Positions 1 to 14,542 of a stretch of DNA of 64,000 nt are shown piece by piece (within the stretch, counting starts at the first letter, position 1; the number at the start of each line of letters is the position of its first letter). The DNA is from Tubiluchus corallicola. Lineage: Eukaryota > Animalia > Priapulida. The notes below the pieces were generated by a model. It was given only the letters and a program-made list of their open reading frames with translations, ran no database searches and was not told where the DNA came from. The position numbers and the translations under genes were made by a program. Location of the stretch: contig JAQGDQ010000095.1 of the NCBI GenBank assembly GCA_030141605.1, positions 248,001 to 312,000 on the forward strand, written 5' to 3'.

Positions 1-97
1 TTAGGTGGCAAGGCCAGTTGCTACCATAACTATAGTAGTATAATTTGAAGCCAACCACAAATCAATGAATTGCAAGATAACACTTTTAAGTTTAGGC

Positions 98-2361
98 CAG
101 TGGCGTGCTGTCCATACATGCAAGGCATGCACTGCATGCTTCTAATTTTCAAGAAGTAATTACAATGTAAAAAGCGCTTGTAAATATTTCTAATAATTAA
201 CTACTATTACTAATACTTATTAGGTTTTCGGAAACCATTACACTATGCAAGTGACACAGCTACCTGCATTCACTGTATTTTCCAACGTGAAAACACACTC
301 ATTGCAATTTAGACAGGGCGCTTGAAGGCGTGGCTTAATCGAAACTTAATCAGCGCCTGCATTGTTTTTATCCCAGGCCTATCCGCGGCGAGAGAAATGC
401 CACAGTTTGTTTAACTTGGTTTATCACTGGCCCAACTACACGTGAATATCTATGGGCATCACATGGTTTGTTTGAGCCATTTTTTAATACGTACGAGTAC
501 TACAGTTTATCAGGGTACTGTACAGCTTTGCAGAGTACTAGATAATAACTGACGTAGTGTCTACGTGTTTTGCTAATTACCGTGTGTATCGTTTAGATTT
601 TTCATTGCGTTAATTTCAGCCTGCTAGTATTTTCATTGCTTTAGTATAATTATCTGATCATAGGACTTTAGTGTGGAGTTAATGCAGTAGTTGAGCTTCA
701 GTATGCCATATGCGGGAAGAGCATGTGTGGTAAGCATTTCGTTTACATCGTTTCTAAATTAACTTATTTATAATTAGCTAGGATGCAAGGTTTGGTTTTA
801 AAACAATGTACAGCTTTGGTACAAGCGATAGACTGCATCATTGCAATTGAATTACACTATCTAGTTGTAGCCTTGATCTGGGTCAGTTACAAAAAATACC
901 AGACATTAGAACTCTTCCGATGTGAAATTTTTAATTGACATTTTAGTGACAACCTTCCTTTCCCGATTTACTACCAATTGCTACCTCAACGTAAACATAG
1001 CATATAATGCGAATGAGTGAGATAGAACTTCCCTTCCCTTTGCAGGAAATAGAATCGCTCGTCGTCGGTGCTAGGCAACGCGAAAAAATTGTCTGGGAAT
1101 GGAGCAGACAGAACAGGGGTGTGCAACTGGCCAGATTAAAGACAATATTCTGTGATTCACGCATGACTTATGAAGCTGCTAAATTTAGGAACTTCCACCA
1201 GGTTTATGGCTTCAAGTTGATTAGCAAAATGGTAAGAACCCGACAATTCCACAAAAGACAATTGAGTTTTAATATATTTATATGGAACCAGTTCAGATAT
1301 GTTATGAATCATGAGTAAGATTTTGATTGAAAGGTTTACAGCAGTCTTTTAGTGGGTAACTTATTTGCACATTAGAACAAAAAGCCATAAAGGTTTCCTA
1401 AATTTTCTTTCCCAAGTTTTGAGCTTATAGTTTGGTTGTATTACTTTGCACTGCAGCATTACCGTCAATTTTATGTGATTTTCGGGCTTTCTGTGACTAG
1501 TCAGTGAATTTATACAAACAAATTGCTGGGTGCAGATTTTAAAATCGTAAGCGAGATCATTTATTAATAAGTCAATAGTTTTACATTTATAAACATTTTT
1601 CTAAGCAGATAATGAATAAAAATTGTATTTATTTTAATGCTGGTACTAAATAAAATGAGTTTAGTTGATTGCAGCTCTGTTCTCACTGTCTTTCTGGATG
1701 TTTTCTGTCCCTGTGTGTAGACCACTTTCGATAGATAAGTGAATTTAGTTCAAAGATCGCCTATCTGTTTAAATGTAAATAAACTATTATTATATTATTT
1801 TGCTGTAATTGCCAAGTGCTGCAGAAATGTCACTCATTTGAATGTAGGATTTTATGCAAGGTAAACCAGGATTTCAGCTACTATTGGCCAACAGATATTT
1901 ATTTCTGCTTATTCTAGTTTTCTATAACAAAATAATACCGCATCAATAAAGTTTTATCTGTATCCGGAATTGTTGTTTCGATAAAGTAATGAATTTTCAA
2001 GTAGGTAAGAACTTGGTTGTACTTGTACAATACATTCTCAAGTATTTTAGGTAAGGCCTGGACAACAGAAATGGATTGTTGGTTGTCTGCAGGGGTATTC
2101 AAATAGCAACAATCTATTCTTATCATTAGCTACAAAAATTATAGACAAATTTGCCTAAAAATTGACTTATTATAAGTTAATTTTTCACGTTTGAGGACCA
2201 AAATTTACATCTCATTTGAAGCCTCCAAAATACCTTAAAATACAAGAAAATGCGTTGGTGGCAGGGGCTCCGCCCCATACCCCACAGAGGGAGTTTACAG
2301 CACTACCCCAGACCCCCTAGCTGGTTGCAAACATCATTCCACCACCCACTACACACCACTG
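98..2361. mobile_element. Decayed non-autonomous hAT-like DNA transposon in a COG6 intron
   Basis: Starts CAGTGGCGTG (98) and ends ...ACACCACTG (2361). The 8-bp flanks gtttaggc/gtttgaac match at 5/8. A GC-rich subterminal motif (ggggctccgcccc...gggagtttacagcactaccccagaccccctagct) lies at about 2264-2322. Confidence 0.55.
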
Positions 2362-2392
2362 GTTTGAACTATTATGCAGTGAAATTTCAGTA

Positions 2393-2954
2393 CAGTGTTC
2401 CCTCGCTACTTCTCGGTTCGTTTAGCTGGACTCGCTGTTTCGCGGGTTTTCAAAAATATTAATGTAAAATATTTACCGCGGCATTTTTGCTGTTTCGCGG
2501 GTTTTTGCGGTACTCCGTCTAAAGTCTTTTTGCACATGCGTAGTACGTACTGTACAGTAATGTACAGATTTGATGAATTTTGCATAAAAAATCACAAAAT
2601 GTATAAAAATATATTAAAAATATTAATTCTAACATTAAAAGAATATTATAAATCATAAAACATTACCATTTACAGTAAATAGTGTATTTATTCGGCGGAT
2701 GAATACATACCAAAAACGAAATGTAGTACTTGAGATCTTCATCTCCATCGTCATCATTACTGCACAGCTAATTCATCATCATCATTCTAGCTGTAGGACG
2801 TATCTTCAATGGTGAGTATAAGAGTGTGGGAGGGTTTATAAAGACTTAAAATAATGTATAACTACTAAAATAAGTATAAGTCTCTACTTCGTTGAAATTC
2901 ACTTATCGCGGGTGGGCCTGGAACAGAACACCCGTGATAAGTGAGGGAACACTG
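2393..2954. mobile_element. Tc1/mariner (Tigger/pogo-like) MITE
   Basis: Terminal inverted repeats CAGTGTTCCCTCGCT.../...AGTGAGGGAACACTG, flanked by TA on both sides (2391-92, 2955-56); no coding capacity. Confidence 0.85.
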
Positions 2955-3366
2955 TACTTGTAATTGTTGGGGCTTGGAAGGCCAGCTGCGCTGCTGGAAA
3001 AATCAATATATTTTCTTTTTATAACAGGAAGCCTATTTATAAAATGAACAAGATCGCAACTATAATAGTTCAGTTATTGCATAATTATTATGCACAACAT
3101 TACACCTGCAGATTCTGTCTGCTGACAAGTTTTTGAGTATGACGCTGTACGTAGGGACAAATTGCAACATATGCAGGCGCATATAAAATGTTACCTCAAG
3201 TAATAATTAGGTTGTAACTTTGATGAGTATTAGAATGTAGAACAGTTTTGCCTTTTTTATTAATAAAAAGAGGAAATCATCAAAAGTCTTTTCTATTAAA
3301 CTTCACTACTGTTTTTGAAATCAATCACACTACGAAAGATACCTAATTTAAAAACAGAATAGTTAC

Positions 3367-5948
3367 CTCCTCTAGTTAGGGCATCAATAAAACCTTTGAC
3401 AACAGCATTTCTTCTGGCTGTAGCAAACTCATCTAGCGAATATTGAAACAACACTGGTCGTTCATACAGTGCTGCCATAGCTTGACATAATGTAGGCGAA
3501 ATATCAGGAGAATCACCATTCAATACTCTGCATTCACCTACAGTAAGTTTAATCACAAATGTTTGAGCTACAAAAAGTGAAACAATATTAGTACAATTAC
3601 TGTAATTAAGAATGTGGTGCAAAAAGCGTGCCTTGGTAAATCGACTAAGCCTTTTACGAGTAGAGTAAATGTGCAAAGTAGGATCCTCAGCTTGGTCCTG
3701 CACTTGTCAATGTGATTATTGGTGTTGCGAAATGCTTATTGTGGAAGAAAAGTGACAAAGATAATGTAAGCAGCTCCTAGTGAACTGCTTACTTAGATGG
3801 TGTTCTAAAAATTTGCTTTAAAATCAAATGCATGGCTAATGTTTGACGGTAACTGATTACCATGACAAAATAGCTAGGCAGTTTTCTCAAAAAGCAAAAA
3901 AGCAGCAAATCACAACAATGCTTTAACTGCACAAATATTGCAACTATTACATGTAATAACATTGGGAGCATTTAAACACCACCACAAATAAAATATACTT
4001 TAATTTAAAAACCAGTTGAGTGCTCCAAGATTATTTATATTTCTACAAAGCAGAGCACAAGTATTGAACAATAGCAAATACCTTGTGTCCATCTGTATAG
4101 TCTTTCATAAGCAGCCTCCTGATGCAATGCCATTGATTCCATAATCTCTAAACTAATGAAAGGTAGAAAAATTATTATCACTAAGCAGTATGTCAGCTGC
4201 TAATCAGTGCTATTATTTTGCTAATCAGTGGTCAGCTGCCAAAAAATCTATCAGTAAGCATAAATTAATTTCAAATTTTGAATAATTTATTTACATAATA
4301 ACAAATTTACTTTTAAAAACAGCTTAAGTTTTAAGTGATCTATAAAAGGTGGATTTAAAAAAATGAATAAATGTTGGACTGGTTTAATATAGACAGCGCT
4401 AAGGCTTGAAAACCAATAATACAAAATACCTGAAAAAATTCCAAAACTACACATTGGAGTTTTAAACTTATGCTTACCCAGCAGTTTGTTGCTTTGTTCT
4501 CAGAAGAATTTTGCACTCATTATGAATCTGCTTTACTCTTGCCAAGGCAGCAAAAAAATTCTGAAGATATAAAGGAAGTGTCCCATTAATATGTAGACTG
4601 CTATCTGTCAAAGCATTATAAATGTGTGGCTTTGTTTTGCCAAACACAAAACAAGTCATTGACAGATACTGACATTATACCATAAGTGCCAGGGTCGCAC
4701 AGTATCAAAAAAAAAAAAAACTTAGAAACATGAAATCAACTGACTCCCACATTTTAGCAGCACTAGTTGACAGTGAGGCTATTTTCTGCATACTGTCATC
4801 ACACATGTTGTTCAAGTATATTTACAATGGACTAAGGTAAAGTGTAAGGTAGCAATCCAACACAATGAACAAATGCATTAAGTTGATAATCAATATTATT
4901 AAAAATTAAAGTCTCAAAAATCAAGCATTTTAACTAAGTTATCCTGTCTTTCTCAAAAATGCCAAATTACCTCATTCAAGCTACCATCTCTTGTGCCACG
5001 TAAAGTTTTAATTTCTTCTGGAGTTAACTGAAACTTTTGGAGGAACGTGTCAGCTATTTTAGCTTGCATTTCCAGCCGCTGACTAAAAAGAGAAATATAA
5101 TAATAAAACTTATAATAATAACACAGTAGTGGCAAATTTTCTGTTGAAATGTTTGTGAGATGGAATAATGTAACTAAGATGGGGGTTTTCAATTGCCCAC
5201 CAATCGACAATAAGAGTCAAATTATCAGTTTTTTGGCTACTGCATTTCTTCACCGATCTGAATGTGGTTCAAGAGTTAAGCTCCCCGCATGTTAAAGTAG
5301 CCAACTTCACGCAATTCCTGTGTAAAGAACTGGAAGCACTGCATTTTTTATTTTACGTTTTTAGTTACCGCATGGCCAGTTTTGTACAGATTGGCTCTAG
5401 ACGTGAAGTGCTACCATGACATGGCTTCCTTGAGCCAAATTTCAGCTTTCTAGGTGATCTACAGGTGCAGAATCAAAGTACAAGCAAACATGAATGGCAG
5501 CAACAACAATACTACACCCCTTTATTGGTTACTTTGCAACTAGTAAATAATATTATCAAACATTCTGAACTATGTAAAGAAATGGCTTGAAAAGTTTAAA
5601 TTACGAGAAAACTATTTTCTAAAAAACAAAGCAAAAAATAAAATGAATTAAGTTAAGTTGTTGACAGTACCTTTCAGCTTGCAATTTGGTTGTCTTTGTG
5701 ATAAGTTCATGTGTTTGCTCTTTTGTGGTCTACAAAAAAACATTAATATTTTTACTGTCTCCATTATTAGATTCAATAGTGATGCTAAAGATCAATAATG
5801 ATGCTTGTAAGCAAGTGCTCAAAGCTTTATAGCTCAGTGACGATGTGCACAGCCCACTGGCACTATGGCCATTTTGACTAGCAAAGTTAAGTGCCAAGGC
5901 TGGTTATTGAATTGATGGCTGAACTGCACATGCACAGGCGCATGCACG

Positions 5949-5988
<40 letters not shown>

Positions 5989-8900
5989 GAAAGTAGCTAA
6001 GCTGCCTTAGGTTACTACAAGTCTGAGTCAAGTCTCTGTGGCCTAAGCCCAAGTTTGAGTCAAGCCTCGATTCGTCTCGATTCATTACGCACAACTTTAA
6101 GTTGAGGTTTCAAGTCATTATGTCCATTTATTTTATCGTGTGAATAACCAATTGTTTACCAAACTAGATGATGCTGATTTTATCTCACAACTAACAGCAG
6201 ACATAATACGCCTCAACGAACCTCATTCAGATTATTCAAAAATGCTTAAAGCTCCTGGCTACTCCTGTTTGCAAAACTGTCGACCCAAATATGGAAAGCG
6301 AGTCTTTGGAGGTGTAGCAGCTTTTGTTAAAAATACATTACGCAAAGGAATAAAATTTCTGCCACTGAGTTGTTCTGAATACATTTGGCTAAAATTGGAT
6401 AAATGATATTTCCACTTAAAAAAAAGATCAATATTAATATGCTGTTTATATACCGCCAAAAGACTCGTCTTACACAGCTAGAAATTGCAATGAGCTAGAT
6501 TTATATAAATTGTTAGAAGAAAATATTTTTAAATTTAAAGAGTTTATGAATGGTGACATCATTTTAATCGGAAATTTTAATTCGAAAACCAATACTGAAC
6601 TAGATTACATGGCGAATGATTATGAACGTATATGCTCTTACCACCTGATTATGTATGTGATAGTTATATGCTCAAAAGGAATAGCCAGGATAATTACCCT
6701 GATTACGGTCAGAAACTTCTTGAGCTATGTAAATCGTGCAGTCTTAGAATTCTGGATGGGCGTACATTGGGAGATTCTATTGGCAGATTTTCGTTTTATA
6801 ATGTTAGGGGCTCTAGCATCATTGATTATGCTGTTGTTAGTAGTGATTTGATAGATAAAGTAGTATCGTTTGATACTGATATGGTCTTACTTTCTTGTTC
6901 CCAGTCAGGATTGTAACAATGCCTTAATAAGCTGAATAATTATTGTAGCGAATGGGTTCTGAAAGTTAACGCTAAAAAGAAAGAAATTGTTTTTAACAAA
7001 GCAGCAGAATTCTAAAAGACTTAAACTTTACCTATGTGTCTGATAAGCTGAAAATAGTTCAATCCTATACATACTTAGAGGTCAAATTCTTTGTGTCTGG
7101 TGCTTTCAAGCAAAGCTGTACCAAACTAATAGACAAAGGGCGAAAAGCTTTTTACTGCATGAAAAAGTACATCTCAAACTGCACAAACTCACATTCTATC
7201 AAATTATTTGTAGAACCTGTAGAACTGTAGAAGCCTATCATGCTAGATGGCTCTTGTGTATGGGGACCTAGCATTATTAAAATTATAAACAATTTCATGT
7301 TCATATTCATGAAATATATATTCAAACTAAATTTGAACATATTCACATATATTCAACATATTCAAACTAAATTTGACAGTGTGTCAAGGACACAATCCGC
7401 TACTGGATACATGTTATTAGCCAACCTTATGATAGTAATGTATACCAAGCTTATAACGAAAACCGAAACTTAGCTGAGAACTGTTTTTGTTGAACTACTT
7501 TTGTTAAGTATATATTATGTGTATTTTGCTTTGAACATGCTTGTAATAACCAGACAATGTTTTCACCCAAGCGACTACTTTATAAATTGGAAGAAAAATT
7601 AAAAACTGATTATATTCTGCTTTGGAAAGAAGAAATCCATCAAGATAATAAACCTGACGGACAAAACAAACTGCAAACGTATCGAACCTCCAAAAAACAA
7701 TATCAACTGGAAAACTATTTACTTAGTGGTTATTCCACAGAGGGCGGTACGTTAAAACAGGTGTGAATTGTATATGCTCATACTGTTTAAGAAATGAAAT
7801 CAAAGACAAATTACGCTATACATGCCCATACTACAATGATCTTAGAGAAAAACTATATAATAACATCAACGTAATTACGCCAGAATTTTTCCATATGAGC
7901 GATGCTGATAAATTTTTATTCTTGATGGGAAGTAGTGATTTAGAAGTAATTAAGGCATCTATCGATTGTGTTGAAAAAGCATTTTTAAGACATGATGAAC
8001 AATATGCTATGTAATGATCATATCATTGAAAATGAGGCCTAATGAATGACCAATTTATTTTAAATACTACTCAGTAAACTTTTCATTAAATAACTAATAT
8101 AATTAACAGGAAGATTTAATAATATTTGTTTTATTAGTAATTGTTTTGCCATTATATTTCAAAATTGAAATTGTATGTATTTTTGACACTAATAAAAAAC
8201 TATGTAAATATGTCCATGTCTGAGTCAAGTTCTAAGTCATGTTCAACTTCAAATGGAGTTTCAAGTCATTGTAACGCAGAATTTAATCGATTCTTAAGTT
8301 TCTGTTTAATAGTAATAAACTATTCTTTTTAATTTTGCTTATTACTATACTAAATTTGTTGGGTAAAACTGATGTTTTAAATTTTGCTATACATCTGACT
8401 ACCTGTGGAACACATTATTTTGCAAATGCTTTGTTACGTTATTAGTAATTCAGTAGTTAGTAGGTGTTGTATTGAGTATCTATGTAACATAAAAATGACA
8501 TTACAGTATTACTAGTTAAATTCTACAAGAAGTTATTCAAGTTACTTATTATACTTAAGAAATACGATGTGAAATATCTGACAAACCTGTGTGTTCTTAC
8601 TAACAAACCACTTTTTAACTGAGGGCCACCAAATTAATAGACACACCAGTAGCTGGGTAACTAAATACTTTATTAGCTAGTATAAACAGCCTTCACTTAA
8701 AAAGCTGTATATGATATATTTTTAGTTTTCCTCGAGGGTACAATGCAACGTCGAGGGTACATTTAACGTTGTAATAATACGGGAAAGATTATAACTGAGC
8801 ACAGACGCAAACACTGCCCGTGAACCTCGAGACTTAAGAATTACACTTAATGCATAAGACAAACATGGCTATAGACAACGAATATCGATCAAACATGGGA

Positions 8901-11900
8901 TCCATATGCTTTCGCAAGTACAGTAGGTGCCGCTTGATAGACTCAATCACTTAATTGACTCAAAAACGCCTGGTACGGGCCGCTTCTATTCCAATGTACA
9001 TAAAAACTGTCGGTAATTGACCCAAATAACTCCGCATAATTTACTCAATATTTTTGCTTCACATGCTTCAATAAGACACTTTCATGTGACTAATAAGTTT
9101 TTATGACTTTTATATCATCTTAGTTCGCTTTTGTCCTATAATATACATATAAACAATCATGTACGGTACCGTTTTGTAAGCAGGAATGTTTATCCTGTGC
9201 TAATATGCTAGCCTAATGGTTGCTTTGGCCCGCCTGGCCACTGCAATTAACTTCGTTACCCAAGAAATCCTGGAAGCTAAACATTTAATCACTTGCTTAG
9301 TGATTTGCTTTTGACACTCTGGCTATCTTTGCCAGAAAGTTTAATCAGCTATATGTTGCTGTTATGCCAGGGATGCAGGTACAGTATGGTAAGTACGTCA
9401 CAAAAGCAAGCGGGAGCTAAGGCAAAACTACAGACGAACTTTGTGAGCCAACTTCTTCGCGATGAAATAAAGCAGCCGACTTTGAAGGAATTTTTGCATT
9501 TTTTGCAAATAAACAGACTCGTATGATTTAGAAAAGTATACTTTTTAACTTATTGCCAATTCACTTATATAAATTAGTATTTTAAAATATATTTTTTTAA
9601 TTTTTAACTGCACAAAGGAATTTAGGTATTACTTCGTTTCTAAATGTCATTAAAAACCTTTGCTGTGCATACTAAGCTGGTGACTCATGCTTCTATACTA
9701 GTAATACTAAACCCATCAGTTAATAAGTTCAGTCAGTTAATTGGGTCAAAACACTTCGGTCCCAAAGTGAGTCTATTAAGCAGCACCTACTGTAATAACA
9801 ATGTAACTACTTAGTTATTTTTAAAATACTATATTGCATATATACAATATTAACATACAATCTGAACAAAATGTCACATGCAGTATGCATTAAAAGATTA
9901 CATCTTTTTTATATTTTAATGAAAAATACAGAATTTTATATCAATATCAAAATTTGCAAACCTGTAATCTCTGCAGCATGTCATCACAACACTCTGCCAT
10001 ACCATCAACATCTTTGTGTACAGCATCTAATTGCTGAAAAAGGTTTGTTAAAATAAGCTATCCATTCACTTTATCTTAGAATCTTCATCTTATTATAGAT
10101 ATATTGTGTGTATAAAACAGTTGGCAAAGAAGGTCTTACTTTCCTGTTGATGTTGCAAACTCGACTTATCATGCTTGCTGGTGTATTCGAAATGGTACTA
10201 AATCTAAGGTTCAACAAATATACCACAATACTAACAAATTTTATATCATTTTTATTAAAAACAATCAGCAAATCCACTGAATACTAGCAGCATTGCCTAA
10301 AGAAAATTCTTTGATGATGTGGGATATTTGTCAAACTAATGGTGCTCTTGTTATTAAGAATTTGAAAATTTCACTTAAAGTAATTGTAACTTACTAACCA
10401 TTTGTGAACTACACACAAATAACTAGGTATTGTGATAAGTTCTTACATTAACATAAATTCCAGTATCAAGATTATGCAAAATATCAACTTAAAAAGAAAA
10501 ACATATAAGGCTACACATGTTATAACATCGTAATCATTGTGCCAATAAATAATGTCAAGTGTGCGTAAATATAACAAGTCCAACATACATCTTTTACATG
10601 ACGAAATGCTTCAGCAAACTCCTCATTAATAGATAAGCTTTTCCGTTCGATGTCACTACGTAGATTTCGTCGTGTTCTCAGATTGTTTTCACTGAAGAAT
10701 GCTGATAAACCTTTCAATGCTTCTAACAATTCCTAAATAAGTAATTACTCAATCTCAATTATCAGCCAGTGGAAATTTAATGTAAACAAAAATTTGCTCT
10801 AGACATAAAAATTGCCTTTAAACATTCTTTCTTGACAAGTATTTTGTTTATATAACCATGAGCAACCTGTGTTGAGCAACATGTGCTACACTGCATATAA
10901 GGCAAATTAGTTAATAAAATCCCCTTGTAACGGCCGTTAGTTGGCGTTCTGTCGAAAGATGTGCCAAAATACAATTTACTGCTTTCGTGTGCAACAGCAT
11001 TGTTCTGCTGGTGCTGTTCCTCACTCCGCGCTGATATTATGGATGAAGGACAGGTGCTCACCGGCAAGTCAGAGTCACAGACAACATTGACACATTTTAA
11101 TTGCATTTAGTGACATTATATTGTTAATAAACATATTATGTATTTCATTTAGTGAGTCGCTCATTTATTTTGACAATTGGTGAATGCATTCCTTACATTA
11201 AAACCTCAAAAGTCAACGGACTGCTAAGCAGATCAAAGACAAAGTAATAAACGAGCATTGAACTTCTAATCTGTTGCAACCAGCTATTGCCGTTCTGGCC
11301 GAATTGTGCCGAACCAAGCCAAATGGCAATAAAAATTTACAAAGCCAGTGACGTAGCGAACTGGGTAGGATAAAAAATTTATATACTTTCACTGTTATGA
11401 TCTACTTACAGAAAAAAATCTATTTATCCAAATGACACCCCAACATTTGTAGGACCATGGGAATGAATGTTACATCCCACTGCAGCAGAACTTTTCTCCA
11501 CGCAAATTACTTAAGTTAATTAGGCGTGTTGGAAATATTTTTAAAAGCTCAACTATGACTTAACTAACATTTAGACAAATTCTGATAATTCCAGAATTTC
11601 TGGTGTTATATTAATTTGCCATTTTGTCGAAACTGACTTTGTAAAATTAGCCACAGGTGGAAGGCTAAGCCCGATCACAGACCTCTTAACCTGAAGAGAA
11701 AGCAAATCTGGAGACTTTTCAAAAAAAGTTGAAAAAAAAGCCTGAAGAGGGTTTTACATATATTAATAATACACTAGCCAAAGCGCTGCAAAAAGTTTTG
11801 CATATAAATCCACTTATGATCAATACTGAGCGAACATCCTACACAGTGTTCATTTATTTACATAAAGCAGAGCCAGCAGTAGCTTTTGTTGAAGCAAAAT

Positions 11901-14542
11901 TATAGACAGAGTACAATAGAATGATGAGATCAGAACAACGACTTTGTGCCACCAGTTTTCCAAGTGAGAATCGCCCAAAAATGAAACCTCTAACCAACTC
12001 GTCACGGCTCTTCTTGGTGGAGGCATCCTAAAACGTGACCCACATCATCTTGTAGCCCTATTCCTCTTTTTTCCAAAGAACTATATATCTCCTTCAGGGA
12101 TCCCCAAAAGACGCCGCTAGAACGTTTTTTCTATCTGGTTTTCTGCCACAAAAATTTCGAAAAAATCGGGTAGCTGGGTCTGGGGAAAATGCGGGACATG
12201 GGCTTACCATGAATTCTAAATATGCTCACTACACCCACCATTGAAGGAGCTATCCAACCATTACCAGAAGCACCCTCGGCCCACTCTCGATCGCTAGAAA
12301 TAAGAGGTATAAGTTTTGCGCAAAAATGGATGAAAAATGGCCATTTTTGGAGGTTTTTCGCATCCCATTCCACCCGGTGGGCCTGATTAAAAAAATAACC
12401 TCCAAATGGGACCACACTAGATCAAGATCTTTATTTGATATACAGATCACCGAAAATGGTGATATCGTTTGAGCTGTAGCCCCCGTCAGTCATATACATA
12501 TATACATACATACATATATATATATACATATACATATACATACACAATCGTAATTAATTATACAATTCTACAGATACAAATAAAAAATATCACAAATGTA
12601 AAACCAGGTTATGAATGATCACTACGGCTGAAATGTTTTCTCAGGAAAAGTTAGACTGTTGTAATTAAATATCTTTCACAGTTTTGTAATAACTGTTTTG
12701 TTCAAAACAGTGATAATGTTTGTTAAATTTGGCATTGGTCTCAACCTTTTTCTATGTAAAACCAGATTATTTAAAAGGCTGCTTAGATGTGGCAGCACTC
12801 TAAAATGATTCGTACAAGAAAAGTTTCATATTTCCTTTACTTTTGATCAGTATTATACGCTTTATTGATCTTTTTATTTACCGTATAAGAAAGCAAAGGT
12901 GTACTGTAAAACTGTAAGAAATGAGTTCAAATGATAAAACCATGAAAGTTGAGAGGTCTGCCAGTATGAACTCAGCAACTGATTGATGGTAACCAGAGAT
13001 GACTCAAAATCTAAACTTTATGTATTCCAACACTGCGGCATCTATGTGCCTCAGAGTTACCAACATACAACGGAACTACCCCAGAATTTCTTTATTCAGT
13101 TAGGCACTAGAAGCCAGAATCGATGGTGTTGATCAGTGAAACCTGCCTCACTACCAAGAATAAACCTTTAAAATGGGATGTTGAAGCAGTAACCAGTCAG
13201 GGTGTACATACGTACATACTGCCTCAACAAAAAATTATAAAATAGCCAGAGGTAGTACGAGAGACAAAGACCCATAAGCGATTTTCCTAGTAATTATCCA
13301 TGCATTTACTAATCAGGCCCAGCCTTGCTTAAGTTAACTTCAATCACTAATTTCACTAAACAAACATCGTGACACACTTTATTCATTTTATTTTTTTAAT
13401 TAATTTATTCTATAAAATAATCATACACTTTGACAGCAAAAGCAAATAAAATCAAATGTGTGATACATACAATGTTGCTGAGTATTACAAAATTACACGT
13501 AGCACTGGAGCTAGCTTACATTAGGCCAAAGTATTAGTACTGGACATATTAATAACATTACTGATAGTAAAAAAGAGTTACATAGATGTTAGCAATGTTT
13601 CAAATAATTACATTACAATTTAAACTAATGTACAGTACAAGATAATAATAAGGCGTTTGACACATTTACTAAGCATTTATGGGAAGGCAACACTTGATTA
13701 GCCTATATAGAGGTGTACAGATATGTACAAAATAGGAACTAATGACTATATTAATATTTGTGTCAAATGAATATGATTTGTATGATTTTTTAAAGACGGA
13801 CAGTTGCCAGTTTTAAAATGGGAACAATTGAATTCCATGTTAGAGCCATTATTTCATTGAAATTTTTTTGCACTTGGGTTGCACTGTATATGTGTACATA
13901 GTGAAAATTAAGTATATATGGTGTATTGGATTATTATAATTGTGTATGGCAGCATTCAAGCAAAAATTAATAATCTTTTTAAATAACGAGTGCAGTAATT
14001 TGTGAGTAATTATGTACATAAAAACCGGAGTTTGAACTGAATTCGGTAATGTTATAAATGTTTAATAAATTGAGGCTTCTAAAGCAAAAACCAATCCTCA
14101 AACAGAAGTCAATGTATTTTAATATACAATTAAAAATATTGAAATTACCACACAACATATGCACATAAGAATTAAAATGCTTGCTCGTTTCAAAGTCCTT
14201 GTATCCCAGATGATAGCTAAACATTGTTCACTCGACTTGAACGTTTAAATGATGCAGACAGCACGGAAAATTAAAATACAAAAATTACTACAGCTCAAAC
14301 AGCGCCAACAAAATATAAAATAAGCATAACTTCCTAAAATTAGTAGAAGGCTTAGCCTTTCCTTAAACAAATTTTAAACGGAATTTTTCAAAATTTGAAC
14401 GGAATTAAACAAAATAGGAAATAACCCAGTACTAAATCACCTTGTCGTTATCCAATCTTGTGTCTAATATTTTGTTCAATTTCCTAGTTAAAGGGTTATT
14501 ACTTGCATTTTGATTTAAAGTTACAGCATCGGTGGACGCCAT
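3367..14542 (-). CDS. COG6: Conserved oligomeric Golgi complex subunit 6, 5' part (continues beyond the left edge of the window)
   Basis: GT-AG exons in consistent phase: 14441-14542, 10589-10732, 9962-10033, 5671-5729, 4971-5082, 4478-4560, 4082-4152, 3367-3537. The translation [73 protein letters not shown]...[27 protein letters not shown]...[31 protein letters not shown] matches the metazoan COG6 N-terminus. The next expected exon (PGGTPRPIE-like) was not found in 1-3366. Confidence 0.95.
5941..5981. repeat. (CA)n microsatellite
   Basis: catgcacgcacgcacacaca...cac seen directly. Confidence 0.9.
6128..8208 (+). mobile_element. Decayed non-LTR retrotransposon (APE endonuclease, RT tail, C-terminal Cys motif) with an internal deletion
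   Basis: Frameshifted fragments: [21 protein letters not shown] and [13 protein letters not shown] (endonuclease); [12 protein letters not shown]...YCSEW (late RT); [10 protein letters not shown]; CSYC...[14 protein letters not shown] at about 8191. A 9-bp target-site duplication TATGTCCAT at 6119-6127 and 8209-8217. Confidence 0.85.
8921..9792. mobile_element. Tc1/mariner-type MITE
   Basis: 25-bp TIRs CAGTAGGTGCCGCTTGATAGACTCA / TGAGTCTATTAAGCAGCACCTACTG with a TA duplication on both sides. Confidence 0.85.
11925..12545. mobile_element. Probable non-autonomous repeat (Helitron/Helentron-like) ending in a (TACA/TA)n microsatellite
   Basis: GC-richer block ending ...gatatcgtttgagctgtagcccccgtcagt, followed by a catatacatatatacatac tract (12491-12545). 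The class assignment is by resemblance only. Confidence 0.35.
13280..13341 (-). repeat. Degenerate 5S rRNA-derived fragment (SINE3-like head)
   Basis: tactaatcaggcccagccttgcttaa resembles the reverse complement of the 5S rRNA internal control region (TACTAACCAGGCCCGACCCTGCTTAG). Confidence 0.5.
13380..14260 (-). mobile_element. Highly decayed 3' end of a LINE (CR1/L2-like)
   Basis: The minus strand ends in AATAAA and an A-rich tail at about 13385-13410, with WNS-like remnants at about 13820-13850. No intact ORF. Confidence 0.35.

Noticed and set aside
1007-1318. 103-aa ORF inside the hAT-like element
   Set aside because: No recognisable transposase or other domain, so it is treated as chance or unidentifiable decay.
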